DNA of 64,000 nucleotides from Eledone cirrhosa (lineage: Eukaryota): the NCBI GenBank assembly GCA_964016885.1, contig OZ024743.1, positions 129,642,001-129,706,000 of the forward strand. The letters run 5' to 3'. A program made the translations under genes and the position numbers. This document shows, piece by piece, positions 44,701-61,000 of the stretch. Each line of letters starts with the position of its first letter. Position 1 is the stretch's first letter. The notes below the pieces were generated by a model that was given only the letters and a program-made list of their open reading frames with translations, ran no database searches and was not told where the DNA came from.

Positions 44701-47700
44701 GAACCAAACACCAAACACCAAACAGCAAGCACCAAGCACCAAACACCAAGCACCAAACACCAAACCCCAAGCACCAATCACCAAACACTAATCACCAAGC
44801 ACCAAGCACCAAACACCAAGCACCAAGCAGCAAGCACCAAGCACCAAACACCAAGCACCAAGCACCAAACACCAAACCCCAAGCACCAAAGAGCAAGCAA
44901 CAAGCACCAAGGACGAAACACCAAGCACCAAGCACCAAGCACCAAACACCAAGCACCAAGCACCAAACACCCAGCACCAAGCACCAAACACCAAGCACCA
45001 AGCACCAAGCACCAAACACCAAACACCAAGCACCAAACACCAGACACCAAGCACCAAACACCAAGCACCAAGCACCAAACACCAACCACCCAGCACCAAA
45101 CACCAAGCACCAAACACCAAGCACCAGGCACCAAGCACCAAACACCAAACACCAAGCACGCAGCATCAAACACCAAGCACCAAGCACCAAGCACCAAACA
45201 CCAAGCACCAAGCACCAAGCACCAAGTACCAAACACCAAACACCAAGCACCAAACACCAAACACCAAACAACAAGCACCAGGCACCAAGCACCAAACACC
45301 AAACACCAAGCACGCAGCACCAAACACCAAGCACGCAGCACCAAACACCAAGCACCAAGCACCAAGAACCAAACACCAAACACCATGAACCAAGCAGCAA
45401 GCACCCAACACCAAGCACCAAGCACCAAGCACCAAGCACCAAACACCAAGCACCAAGCACCAAACACCAAACACCAAGCACTAAGCACCAAAAACCAAAC
45501 AACAAGCACCAGGCACCAAGCACCAAACACCAAACACCAAGCACGCAGCACCAAACACCAAGCACCAAGCACCAAGAACCAAACACCAAACACCATGAAC
45601 CAAGCAGCAAGCACCCAACACCAAGCACCAAGCACCAAGCACCAAGCACCAAACACCAAGCACCAAGCACCAAACACCAAACCCCAAGCACCAAAGACCA
45701 AGCACCAAGCACCAAGGACCAAGCACCAAGCACCAAGCACCAAGCACCAAACACCAAGCACCAAGCACCAAACACCCAGCACCAAGCACCAAGCACCAAA
45801 CACCAAGCACCAAGCACCAAACACCAAACACCAAGCACCAAGCACCAAACAGCAAGCACCAAACACCAAACAACAAACAGCAAACATCAAACAGCAAACA
45901 CCAAACACCAAACAGCAAACAGCAAACACCAAACACCAAGCACCAAACACCAAGCACCAAACACCAAGCACCAAGCACCAAGCACAAAACACCAAACACC
46001 AAGCACCAAGGACCAAACATCAAACACCAAGGACCAAGCACCTAGCACAAAGCAACGAAAACCAAGCACCAAACACCAAGCACCAAACACCAAACACCAA
46101 ACACCAAACACCAGGCACCAAGCACCAAACACCAAGCACCATGCACCAAACACCAAGCACCAAGCACGAAGCACCAAACACCAAGCACCAAGCACCAAAC
46201 ACTTAACACCAAGCACCAAGCACCAAGCACCAAACACCAAGCACCAAACACCACACACCAAGCACCAAGTACCAAACACCAAGCACCAAGCCCCAAACAC
46301 CAAGCATCAAGCACCAATCACCAAACACCAAGAACCAAGCACCAAACACCAAGCACCAAGCACCAAGTACATACACCAAGAACCAAACACCAAACACAAA
46401 ACACCAAGCACCAAGCAACAAGCATCAAACACCAAGCATCAAACACCAAACACCAAGCACCAAGCACCAAACACCAAACACCAAGCACCAAGCACCAAGC
46501 ACCAAGCACAAATATCAAGCACCCAGCACCAAGCACCAAGCACCAAGCACCAAACATCAAGCACCAAACACCAAACAGCAAGCACCAAACAACAAACACC
46601 AAGCACCAAGCACCAAAACCCAAACACCAAGCACCAAGCACCAAACACCAAACACCAAACACCAGAAACCAAGCACCAAACACCAAACACCAAGCACCAA
46701 GCACCAAACACCAAGCACCAAGCACCAAACAGCAAACCCCAAGCACCAAGCACCAAACACTAATCACCAAGCACCAAGCACCACACAACAAGCACCAAGC
46801 ACCAAGAACCAGGCACCAAGCACCAAGCACCAAACACAAAACACCAAGCACCAAGCACCAAGCAGCACACACCAAGCATCAAACACCAAACACCAAACAC
46901 AAAGCACCAAACACCAAATACCAAGTACTAAGCACCAAGCACCAAGCACCAAACTCCAAGCACCCAGCACCAAACACCAAACACCAAGCACCAAGCACCA
47001 ATCACCAAGCACCAAGCAGCAAGCACCAAACACCAAGCACCAAGCACCAAGCACCAAGCACCAAACACCAAGCACCAAGCACCAAACACCAAACCCCAAG
47101 CACCAAAGACCAAGCACCAAGCACCAAGGACCAAACACCAAGCACCAAGCACCAAGCAACAAACACCAAGCACCAAGCACCAAACACCCAGCACCAAGCA
47201 CCAAGCACCAAACACCAAGCACCAAGCACCAAACACCAAACACCAAACACCAGGCACCAAGCACCAAACAGCAAGCACCAAACACCAAACACCAAACAGC
47301 AAACATCAAACAGCAAACACCAAACACCAAACAGCAAACAGCAAACGCCAAACACCAAGCACGAAGCACCAAGCACCAAACACCAAGCACCAAGCACCAA
47401 GCACAAAACACCAAACACCAAGCACCAAGGACCAAACATCAAGCACCAAACACCAAACACCAAGCACCAAGGACCAAACATCAAGCACCTAGCACAAAGC
47501 ACCGAACACCAAGCACCAAACACCAAGCACCAAACACCAAGCACCAAACACCAAACACCAGGCACCAAGCACCAAACACCAAGCACCATGCACCAAACAC
47601 CAAGCACCAAGCACCAAGCACCAAACACCAAGCACCAAACACCAAACACCAAGCACCAAGTACCAAACACCAAGCACCAAACACCAAACACCAAGCACCA

Positions 47701-50700
47701 AGCACCAATCACCAAACACCATGAACCAAGCACCAAACACCAAGCACCAAGCACCAAGTACATACACCAAGAACCAAACACCAAACACAAAACACCAAGC
47801 ACCAAGCAACAAGCATCAAACACCAAGCATCAAACACCAAACACCAAGCACCAAACACCAAACACCAAGCACCAAGCACCAAGCACCAAGCACAAACATC
47901 AAGCACCCAGCACCAAACACCAAGCACCAAGCACCAAGCACCAAACACCAAGCACCAAGCACCAAAACCCAAACACCAAGCACCAAGCACCAAACACCAA
48001 ACACCAAACACCAGAAACCAAGCACCAAGCACCAAACACTAAGCACTAAGCACCAAACAGCAAACCCCAAGCACCAAGCACCAAACATTAATCACCAAGC
48101 ACCACACAACAAGCACCAAGCACCAAGAACCAGGCACCAAGCACCAAGCACCAAACACAAAACACCAAGCACCAAGCACCAAGCAGCACACACCAAGCAT
48201 CAAACACCAACCACCAAACACCAAGCACCAAACACCTAACACCAAGCACTAAGCACCAAGCACCAAGCACCAAACTCCAAGCACCCAGCACCAAACACCA
48301 AACACCAAGCACCAAGCACCAAACACCAAACACCAAGCACCAAGCACCAAGCACCAAACACCAAACACCAAGCACCAAACACCAGACACCAAGCACCAAA
48401 CACCAAGCACCAAGCACCAAACACCAAACAACAAGCACCAGGTACCAAGCACCAAACACCAAAAACCAAGCACCAAGCACCAAACACCAAGCACCAAGCA
48501 CCAAACGCCAAACACCAAGCACCAAGCACCAAGCACCAAACACCAAGCACCAAGCACCTAGCACCAAGGACCAAACATCAAACACCAAGGACCAAGCACC
48601 TAGCACAAAGCAACGAAAACCAAGCACCAAACACCAAGCACCAAGGACCAAACATCAAACACCAAGGACCAAGCACCTAGCACAAAGCAACGAAAACCAA
48701 GCACCAAACACCAAGCACCAAACACCAAACACCAAACACCAAACACCAGGCACCAAGCACCAAACACCAAGCACCATGCACCAAACACCAAGCACCAAGC
48801 ACGAAGCACCAAACACCAAGCACCAAGCACCAAACACTTAACACCAAGCACCAAGCACCAAGCACCAAACACCAAGCACCAAACACCACACACCAAGCAC
48901 CAAGTACCAAACACCAAGCACCAAGCCCCAAACACCAAGCATCAAGCACCAATCACCAAACACCAAGAACCAAGCACCAAACACCAAGCACCAAGCACCA
49001 AGTACATACACCAAGAACCAAACACCAAACACAAAACACCAAGCACCAAGCAACAAGCATCAAACACCAAGCATCAAACACCAAACACCAAGCACCAAGC
49101 ACCAAACACCAAACACCAAGCACCAAGCACCAAGCACCAAGCACAAATATCAAGCACCCAGCACCAAGCACCAAGCACCAAGCACCAAACATCAAGCACC
49201 AAACACCAAACAGCAAGCACCAAACAACAAACACCAAGCACCAAGCACCAAAACCCAAACACCAAGCACCAAGCACCAAACACCAAACACCAAACACCAG
49301 AAACCAAGCACCAAACACCAAACACCAAGCACCAAGCACCAAACACCAAGCACCAAGCACCAAACAGCAAACCCCAAGCACCAAGCACCAAACACTAATC
49401 ACCAAGCACCAAGCACCACACAACAAGCACCAAGCACCAAGAACCAGGCACCAAGCACCAAGCACCAAACACAAAACACCAAGCACCAAGCACCAAGCAG
49501 CACACACCAAGCATCAAACACCAAACACCAAACACAAAGCACCAAACACCAAATACCAAGTACTAAGCACCAAGCACCAAGCACCAAACTCCAAGCACCC
49601 AGCACCAAACACCAAACACCAAGCACCAAGCACCAATCACCAAGCACCAAGCAGCAAGCACCAAACACCAAGCACCAAGCACCAAGCACCAAGCACCAAA
49701 CACCAAGCACCAAGCACCAAACACCAAACCCCAAGCACCAAAGACCAAGCACCAAGCACCAAGGACCAAACACCAAGCACCAAGCACCAAGCAACAAACA
49801 CCAAGCACCAAGCACCAAACACCCAGCACCAAGCACCAAGCACCAAACACCAAGCACCAAGCACCAAACACCAAACACCAAACACCAGGCACCAAGCACC
49901 AAACAGCAAGCACCAAACACCAAACACCAAACAGCAAACATCAAACAGCAAACACCAAACACCAAACAGCAAACAGCAAACGCCAAACACCAAGCACGAA
50001 GCACCAAGCACCAAACACCAAGCACCAAGCACCAAGCACAAAACACCAAACACCAAGCACCAAGGACCAAACATCAAGCACCAAACACCAAACACCAAGC
50101 ACCAAGGACCAAACATCAAGCACCTAGCACAAAGCACCGAACACCAAGCACCAAACACCAAGCACCAAACACCAAGCACCAAACACCAAACACCAGGCAC
50201 CAAGCACCAAACACCAAGCACCATGCACCAAACACCAAGCACCAAGCACCAAGCACCAAACACCAAGCACCAAACACCAAACACCAAGCACCAAGTACCA
50301 AACACCAAGCACCAAACACCAAACACCAAGCACCAAGCACCAATCACCAAACACCATGAACCAAGCACCAAACACCAAGCACCAAGCACCAAGTACATAC
50401 ACCAAGAACCAAACACCAAACACAAAACACCAAGCACCAAGCAACAAGCATCAAACACCAAGCATCAAACACCAAACACCAAGCACCAAACACCAAACAC
50501 CAAGCACCAAGCACCAAGCACCAAGCACAAACATCAAGCACCCAGCACCAAACACCAAGCACCAAGCACCAAGCACCAAACACCAAGCACCAAGCACCAA
50601 AACCCAAACACCAAGCACCAAGCACCAAACACCAAACACCAAACACCAGAAACCAAGCACCAAGCACCAAACACTAAGCACTAAGCACCAAACAGCAAAC

Positions 50701-52020
50701 CCCAAGCACCAAGCACCAAACATTAATCACCAAGCACCACACAACAAGCACCAAGCACCAAGAACCAGGCACCAAGCACCAAGCACCAAACACAAAACAC
50801 CAAGCACCAAGCACCAAGCAGCACACACCAAGCATCAAACACCAACCACCAAACACCAAGCACCAAACACCTAACACCAAGCACTAAGCACCAAGCACCA
50901 AGCACCAAACTCCAAGCACCCAGCACCAAACACCAAACACCAAGCACCAAGCACCAAACACCAAACACCAAGCACCAAGCACCAAGCACCAAACACCAAA
51001 CACCAAGCACCAAACACCAGACACCAAGCACCAAACACCAAGCACCAAGCACCAAACACCAAACAACAAGCACCAGGTACCAAGCACCAAACACCAAAAA
51101 CCAAGCACCAAGCACCAAACACCAAGCACCAAGCACCAAACGCCAAACACCAAGCACCAAGCACCAAGCACCAAACACCAAGCACCAAGCACCTAGCACC
51201 AAACACCAAACACCAAGCACCAAGCACCAAACACCAAGCACCAATCACCAAGCACCAAACACCAAGCAGCAAGCAGCAAGCACCAAACACCAAACACCAA
51301 GCACCAAGCACTAAACACCAAGCACCAACGACCAAACATCATATACCAAGCACCAAGCACCAAACACCTAACACCAAGCACCAAGCACCAAGCACCAAGC
51401 ACCGAACACCAAGCACCAAACACCAAGCACCAAACACCAAGCACCAAGCACCAAACACCAAGCACCAAACACCAAGCACCAAGCACCAAGCACCAAACAC
51501 CAAGCACCAGGCACCAAGAACCAAACACCAAGCACCATGGACCAAGCACCAAGCCCCAAACACTTAACACCAAGCACCAAGCACCAAACACCAAGCACCA
51601 AAAACCAAACACCAAGCACCAACTACTAAACACCAAGCACCAAGCACCAAACACCAAGCACCAAGCACCAATCACCAAACACCAAGAACCAAGCACCAAA
51701 CACCAAGCACCAAGGACCAAGCACCAGGCACCAAGCACCAAGCACCAAACACAAAACACCAAGCACCAAACACAAAACACCAAGCACCAAGCAGCAAACA
51801 CCAAGCATCAAACACCAAACACCAAACACCAAGCACCAAACACCAAGCACCAAGCAGCAAACACCAAACACCAAGCACCAAGCACCAAGCACCAAACACC
51901 AAACACCAAGCACCAAACACCAGACACCAAGCACCAAATACCAAGCACCAAGCACCATGCACCAAACACCAAACAACAAGCACCAGGTACCAAGCACCAA
52001 ACACCAAAAACCAAGCACCA
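32580..52020 (+). repeat. Tandem duplication of an ~8.5-kb block (copy 1 ~32580-41115; copy 2 ~41116-52020, with a 287-bp deletion and an internal 2635-bp duplication)
   Basis: ORF offsets step from 8535 (32613->41148) to 8549/8550, 8557 (36221->44778), 8270 (39318->47588) and 10905 = 8270+2635 (40288->51193; CCATGG 40630->51535). Confidence 0.9.
46004..51196 (+). repeat. Nested tandem duplication, 2635-bp period, with an extra 77-bp copy at the junction (~48562-48638)
   Basis: ORF offset 2635 with apparently identical translations (46020->48655, 46318->48953, 47588->50223, 48249->50884). GACCAAA-CATCAAA...CAACGAA-AACCAAG occurs at 46011, 48569 and 48646. Confidence 0.9.
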
Positions 52021-52099
52021 AGCATCAAACACCAAACCCCAAGCACCAATCACCAAACACTAATCACCAAGCACCAAGCACCAAACACCAAGCACCAAA

Positions 52100-55000
52100 C
52101 AGCAAACCCCAAGCACCAATCACCAAACACTAATCACCAAGCACCAAGCACCAATCACCAAGCACCAAGCAGCAAGCACCAAACACCAAGCACCAAGCAC
52201 CAAGCACCAAGCACCAAACACCAAGCACCAAGCACCAAACACCAAACCCCAAGCACTAAAGACCAAGCACCAAGCACCAAGGACCAAACACCAAGCACCA
52301 AGCACCAAGCACCAAACACCAAGCACCAAGCACCAAACACCCAGCACCAAGCACCAAGCACCAAACACCAAGCACCAAGCACCAAACACCAAACACCAAA
52401 CACCAGGCACCAAGCACCAAACAGCAAGCACCAAACACCAAACACCAAACAGCAAACATCAAACAGCAAACACCAAACACGAAACAGCAAACAGCAAACG
52501 CCAAACACCAAGCACGAAGCACCAAGCACCAAACACCAAGCACCAAGCACAAAACACCAAACACCAAGCACCAAGGACCAAACATCAAACACCAAGCACC
52601 AAGCACCTAGCACAAAGCACCGAACACCAAGCACCAAACACCAAGCACCAAACACCAAGCACCAAACACCAAACACCAGGCACCAAGCACCAAACACCAA
52701 GCACCATGCACCAAACACCAAGCACCAAGCACCAAGCACCAAACACCAAGCACCAAACACCAAACACCAAGCACCAAGTACCAAACACCAAGCACCAAAC
52801 ACCAAACACCAAGCACCAAGCACCAATCACCAAACACCAAGAACCAAGCACCAAACACCAAGCACCAAGCACCAAGTACATACACCAAGAACCAAACACC
52901 AAACACAAAACACCAAGCACCAAGCAACAAGCATCAAACACCAAGCATCAAACACCAAACACCAAGCACCAAACACCAAACACCAAGCACCAAGCACCAA
53001 GCACCAAGCACAAACATCAAGCACCCAGCACCAAACACCAAGCACCAAGCACCAAGCACCAAACACCAAGCACCAAGCACCAAAACCCAAACACCAAGCA
53101 CCAAGCACCAAACACCAAACACCAAACACCAGAAACCAAGCACCAAGCACCAAACACTAAGCACTAAGCACCAAACAGCAAACCCCAAGAACCAAGCACC
53201 AAACATTAATCACCAAGCACCACACAACAAGCACCAAGCACCAAGAACCAGGCACCAAGCACCAAGCACCAAACACAAAACACCAAGCACCAAGCACCAA
53301 GCAGCACACACCAAGCATCAAACACCAACCACCAAACACCAAGCACCAAACACCTAACACCAAGCACTAAGCACCAAGCACCAAGCACCAAACTCCAAGC
53401 ACCCAGCACCAAACACCAAACACCAAGCACCAAGCACCAAACACCAAACACCAAGCACCAAGCACCAAGCACCAAACACCAAAGACCAAGCACCAAACAC
53501 CAGACACCAAGCACCAAACACCAAGCACCAAGCACCAAACACCAAACAACAAGCACCAGGTACCAAGCACCAAACACCAAAAACCAAGCACCAAGCACCA
53601 AACACCAAGCACCAAGCACCAAACGCCAAACACCAAGCACCAAGCACCAAGCACCAAACACCAAGCACCAAGCACCAAACACCAAGCACCAATCACCAAG
53701 CACCAAACACCAAGCAGCAAGCAGCAAGCACCAAACACCAAACACCAAGCACCAAGCACTAAACACCAAGCACCAAGGACCAAACATCATACACCAAGCA
53801 CCAAGCACCAAACACCTAACACCAAGCACCAAGCACCAAGCACCAAGCACCGAACACCAAGCACCAAACACCAAGCACCAAACACCAAGCACCAAGCACC
53901 AAACACCAAGCACCAAACACCAAGTACCAAGCACCAAGCACCAAACACCAAGCACCAGGCACCAAGAACCAAACACCAAACACCATGGACCAAGCACCAA
54001 GCCCCAAACACTTAACACCAAGCACCAAGCACCAAACACCAAGCACCAAAAACCAAACACCAAGCACCAACTACTAAACACCAAGCACCAAGCACCAAAC
54101 ACCAAGCACCAAGCACCAATCACCAAACACCAAGAACCAAGCACCAAACACCAAGCACCAAGGACCAAGCACCAGGCACCAAGCACCAAGCACCAAACAC
54201 AAAACACCAAGCACCAAACACAAAACACCAAGCACCAAGGAGCAAACACCAAGCATCAAACACCAAACACCAAACACCAAGCACCAAACACCAAGCACCA
54301 AGCAGCAAACACCAAACACCAAGCACCAAGCACCAAGCACCAAACACCAAACACCAAGCACCAAACACCAGACACCAAGCACCAAACACCAAGCACCAAG
54401 CACCAAGCACCAAACACCAAACAACAAGCACCAGGTACCAAGCACCAAACACCAAAAACCAAGCACCAAGCATCAAACACCAAACCCCAAGCACCAATCA
54501 CCAAACACTAATCACCAAGCACCAAGCACCAAACACCAAGCACCAAACAGCAAACCCCAAGCACCAATCACCAAATACTAATCACCAAGCACCAAGCACC
54601 AATCACCAAGCACCAAGCAGCAAGCACCAAACACCAAGCACCAAGCACTAAGCACCTAGCACCAAACACCAAGCACCAAGCACCAAACACCAAACCCCAA
54701 GCACCAAAGACCAAGCACCAAGCACCAAGGACCAAACACCAAGCACCAAGCACCAAGCACCAAACACCAAGCACCAAGCACCAAACACCCAGCACCAGAC
54801 ACCAAGCACCAAACACCAAGCACCAAGCACCAAAAACCAAACAACAAGCACCAGGTACCAAGCACCAAAGACCAAAAACCAAGCACCAAGCAACAAACAC
54901 CAAGCACCAAGCACCAAACGCCAAACACCAAGCACCAAGCACCAAGCACCAAACACCAAGCACCAAGCACCTAGCACCAAACACCAAACACCAAGCACCA

Positions 55001-58000
55001 AGCAGCAAACACCAAGCACCAATCACCAAGCACCAAACACCAAGCAGCAAGCAGCAAGCACCAAACACCAAACACCAAGCACCAAGGACCAAACATCATA
55101 CACCAAGCACCAAGCACCAAACACCTAACACCAAGCACCAAGCACCAAGCACCAAGCACCGAACACCAAGCACCAAACACCAAGCACCAAACACCAAGCA
55201 CCAAGCACCAAACACCAAGCACCAAACACCAAGCACCAAGCACCAAGCACCAAACACCAAGCACCAGGCACCAAGCACCAAACACCAAACCCCAAGCACT
55301 AAAGACCAAGCACCAAGCACCAAGGACCAAACACCAAGCACCAAGCACCAAGCACCAAACACCAAGCACCAAGCACCAAACACCCAGCACCAAGCACCAA
55401 GCACCAAACACCAAGCACCAAGCACCAAACACCAAACACCAAACACCAGGCACCAAGCACCAAACAGCAAGCACCAAACACCAAACACCAAACAGCAAAC
55501 ATCAAACAGCAAACACCAAACACCAAACAGCAAACAGCAAACACCAAACACCAAGCACGAAGCACCAAGCACCAAACACCAAGCACCAAGCACCAAGCAC
55601 AAAACACCAAACACCAAGCACCAAGGACCAAACATCAAACACCAAGCACCAAGCACCTAGCACAAAGCACCGAACACCAAGCACCAAACACCAAGCACCA
55701 AACACCAAGCACCAAACACCAAACACCAGGCACCAAGCACCAAACACCAAGCACCATGCACCAAACACCAAGCACCAAGCACCAAGCACCAAACACCAAG
55801 CACCAAACACCAAACACCAAGCACCAAGTACCAAACACCAAGCACCAAACACCAAACACCAAGCACCAAGCACCAATCACCAAACACCAAGAACCAAGCA
55901 CCAAACACCAAGCACCAAGCACCAAGTACATACACCAAGAACCAAACACCAAACACAAAACACCAAGCACCAAGCAACAAGCATCAAACACCAAGCATCA
56001 AACACCAAACACCAAGCACCAAACACCAAACACCAAGCACCAAGCACCAAGCACCAAGCACAAACATCAAGCACCCAGCACCAAACACCAAGCACCAAGC
56101 ACCAAGCACCAAACACCAAGCACCAAGCACCAAAACCCAAACACCAAGCACCAAGCACCAAACACCAAACACCAAACACCAGAAACCAAGCACCAAGCAC
56201 CAAATACTAAGCACTAAGCACCAAACAGCAAACCCCAAGAACCAAGCACCAAACATTAATCACCAAGCACCACACAACAAGCACCAAGCACCAAGAACCA
56301 GGCACCAAGCACCAAGCACCAAACACAAAACACCAAGCACCAAGCACCAAGCAGCACACACCAAGCATCAAACACCAACCACCAAACACCAAGCACCAAA
56401 CACCTAACACCAAGCACTAAGCACCAAGCACCAAGCACCAAACTCCAAGCACCCAGCACCAAACACCAAACACCAAGCACCAAGCACCAAACACCAAACA
56501 CCAAGCACCAAGCACAAAGCACCAAACACCAAAGACCAAGCACCAAACACCAGACACCAAGCACCAAACACCAAGCACCAAGCACCAAACACCAAACAAC
56601 AAGCACCAGGTACCAAGCACCAAACACCAAAAACCAAGCACCAAGCACCAAAAACCAAGCACCAAGCACCAAACGCCAAACACCAAGCACCAAGCACCAA
56701 GCACCAAACACCAAGCACCAAGCACCAAACACCAAGCACATATCACCAAGCACCAAACACCAAGCAGCAAGCAGCAAGCACCAAACACCAAACACCAAGC
56801 ACCAAGCACTAAACACCAAGCACCAAGGACCAAACATCATACACCAAGCACCAAGCACCAAACACCTAACACCAAGCACCAAGCACCAAGCACCAAGCAC
56901 CGAACACCAAGCACCAAACACCAAGCACCAAACACCAAGCACCAAGCACCAAACACCAAGCACCAAACACCAAGTACCAAGCACCAAGCACCAAACACCA
57001 AGCACCAGGCACCAAGAACCAAACACCAAGCACCATGGACCAAGCACCAAGCCCCAAACACTTAACACCAAGCACCAAGCACCAAACACCAAGCACCAAA
57101 AACCAAACACCAAGCACCAACTACTAAACACCAAGCACCAAGCACCAAACCCCAAGCACCAAGCACCAATCACCAAACACCAAGAACCAAGCACCAAACA
57201 CCAAGCACCAAGGACCAAGCACCAGGCACCAAGCACCAAGCACCAAACACAAAACACCAAGCACCAAACACAAAACACCAAGCACCAAGCAGCAAACACC
57301 AAGCATCAAACACCAAACACCAAACACCAAGCACCAAACACCAAGCACCAAGCAGCAAACACCAAACACCAAGCACCAAGCACCAAGCACCAAACACCAA
57401 ACACCAAGCACCAAACACCAGACACCAAGCACCAAACACCAAGCACCAAGCACCAAGCACCAAACACCAAACAACAAGCACCAGGTACCAAGCACCAAAC
57501 ACCAAAAACCAAGCACCAAGCATCAAACACCAAACCCCAAGCACCAATCACCAAACACTAATCACCAAGGACCAAGCACCAAACACCAAGCACCAAACAG
57601 CAAACCCCAAGCACCAATCACCAAATACTAATCACCAAGCACCAAGCACCAATCACCAAGCACCAAGCAGCAAGCACCAAACACCAAGCACCAAGCACTA
57701 AGCACCTAGCACCAAACACCAAGCACCAAGCACCAAACACCAAACCCCAAGCACCAAAGACCAAGCACCAAGCACCAAGGACCAAACACCAAGCACCAAG
57801 CACCAAGCACCAAACACCAAGCACCAAGCACCAAACACCCAGCACCAGACACCAAGCACCAAACACCAAACACCAAACACCAGGCACCAAGCACCAAACA
57901 GCAAGCACCAAACACCAAACACCAAACAGCAAACATCAAACAGCAAACACCAAACACGAAACAGCAAACAGCAAACGCCAAACACCAAGCACGAAGCACC

Positions 58001-61000
58001 AAGCACCAAACACCAAGCACCAAGCACAAAACACCAAACACCAAGCACCAAGGACCAAACATCAAACACCAAGCACCAAGCACCTAGCACAAAGCACCGA
58101 ACACCAAGCACCAAACACCAAGCACCAAACACCAAGCACCAAACACCAAACACCAGGCACCAAGCACCAAACACCAAGCACCATGCACCAAACACCAAGC
58201 ACCAAGCACCAAGCACCAAACACCAAGCACCAAACACCAAACACCAAGCACCAAGTACCAAACACCAAGCACCAAACACCAAACACCAAGCACCAAGCAC
58301 CAATCACCAAACACCAAGAACCAAGCACCAAACACCAAGCACCAAGCACCAAGTACATACACCAAGAACCAAACACCAAACACAAAACACCAAGCACCAA
58401 GCAACAAGCATCAAACACCAAGCATCAAACACCAAACACCAAGCACCAAACACCAAACACCAAGCACCAAGCACCAAGCACCAAGCACAAACATCAAGCA
58501 CCCAGCACCAAACACCAAGCACCAAGCACCAAGCACCAAACACCAAGCACCAAGCACCAAAACCCAAACACCAAGCACCAAGCACCAAACACCAAACACC
58601 AAACACCAGAAACCAAGCACCAAGCACCAAACACTAAGCACTAAGCACCAAACAGCAAACCCCAAGAACCAAGCACCAAACATTAATCACCAAGCACCAC
58701 ACAACAAGCACCAAGCACCAAGAACCAGGCACCAAGCACCAAGCACCAAACACAAAACACCAAGCACCAAGCACCAAGCAGCACACACCAAGCATCAAAC
58801 ACCAACCACCAAACACCAAGCACCAAACACCTAACACCAAGCACTAAGCACCAAGCACCAAGCACCAAACTCCAAGCACCCAGCACCAAACACCAAACAC
58901 CAAGCACCAAGCACCAAACACCAAACACCAAGCACCAAGCACCAAGCACCAAACACCAAAGACCAAGCACCAAACACCAGACACCAAGCACCAAACACCA
59001 AGCACCAAGCACCAAACACCAAACAACAAGCACCAGGTACCAAGCACCAAACACCAAAAACCAAGCACCAAGCACCAAACACCAAGCACCAAGCACCAAA
59101 CGCCAAACACCAAGCACCAAGCACCAAGCACCAAACACCAAGCACCAAGCACCAAACACCAAGCACCAATCACCAAGCACCAAACACCAAGCAGCAAGCA
59201 GCAAGCACCAAACACCAAACACCAAGCACCAAGCACTAAACACCAAGCACCAAGGACCAAACATCATACACCAAGCACCAAGCACCAAACACCTAACACC
59301 AAGCACCAAGCACCAAGCACCAAGCACCGAACACCAAGCACCAAACACCAAGCACCAAACACCAAGCACCAAGCACCAAACACCAAGCACCAAACACCAA
59401 GTACCAAGCACCAAGCACCAAACACCAAGCACCAGGCACCAAGAACCAAACACCAAACACCATGGCCCAAGCACCAAGCCCCAAACACTTAACACCAAGC
59501 ACCAAGCACCAAACACCAAGCACCAAAAACCAAACACCAAGCACCAACTACTAAACACCAAGCACCAAGCACCAAACACCAAGCACCAAGCACCAATCAC
59601 CAAACACCAAGAACCAAGCACCAAACACCAAGCACCAAGGACCAAGCACCAGGCACCAAGCACCAAGCACCAAACACAAAACACCAAGCACCAAACACAA
59701 AACACCAAGCACCAAGGAGCAAACACCAAGCATCAAACACCAAACACCAAACACCAAGCACCAAACACCAAGCACCAAGCAGCAAACACCAAACACCAAG
59801 CACCAAGCACCAAGCACCAAACACCAAACACCAAGCACCAAACACCAGACACCAAGCACCAAACACCAAGCACCAAGCACCAAGCACCAAACACCAAACA
59901 ACAAGCACCAGGTACCAAGCACCAAACACCAAAAACCAAGCACCAAGCATCAAACACCAAACCCCAAGCACCAATCACCAAACACTAATCACCAAGCACC
60001 AAGCACCAAACACCAAGCACCAAACAGCAAACCCCAAGCACCAATCACCAAATACTAATCACCAAGCACCAAGCACCAATCACCAAGCACCAAGCAGCAA
60101 GCACCAAACACCAAGCACCAAGCACTAAGCACCTAGCACCAAACACCAAGCACCAAGCACCAAACACCAAACCCCAAGCACCAAAGACCAAGCACCAAGC
60201 ACCAAGGACCAAACACCAAGCACCAAGCACCAAGCACCAAACACCAAGCACCAAGCACCAAACACCCAGCACCAGACACCAAGCACCAAACACCAAGCAC
60301 CAAGCACCAAAAACCAAACAACAAGCACCAGGTACCAAGCACCAAAGACCAAAAACCAAGCACCAAGCAACAAACACCAAGCACCAAGCACCAAACGCCA
60401 AACACCAAGCACCAAGCACCAAGCACCAAACACCAAGCACCAAGCACCTAGCACCAAACACCAAACACCAAGCACCAAGCAGCAAACACCAAGCACCAAT
60501 CACCAAGCACCAAACACCAAGCAGCAAGCAGCAAGCACCAAACACCAAACACCAAGCACCAAGGACCAAACATCATACACCAAGCACCAAGCACCAAACA
60601 CCTAACACCAAGCACCAAGCACCAAGCACCAAGCACCGAACACCAAGCACCAAACACCAAGCACCAAACACCAAGCACCAAGCACCAAACACCAAGCACC
60701 AAACACCAAGCACCAAGCACCAAGCACCAAACACCAAGCACCAGGCACCAAGCACCAAACACCAAACCCCAAGCACTAAAGACCAAGCACCAAGCACCAA
60801 GGACCAAACACCAAGCACCAAGCACCAAGCACCAAACACCAAGCACCAAGCACCAAACACCCAGCACCAAGCACCAAGCACCAAACACCAAGCACCAAGC
60901 ACCAAACACCAAACACCAAACACCAGGCACCAAGCACCAAACAGCAAGCACCAAACACCAAACACCAAACAGCAAACATCAAACAGCAAACACCAAACAC

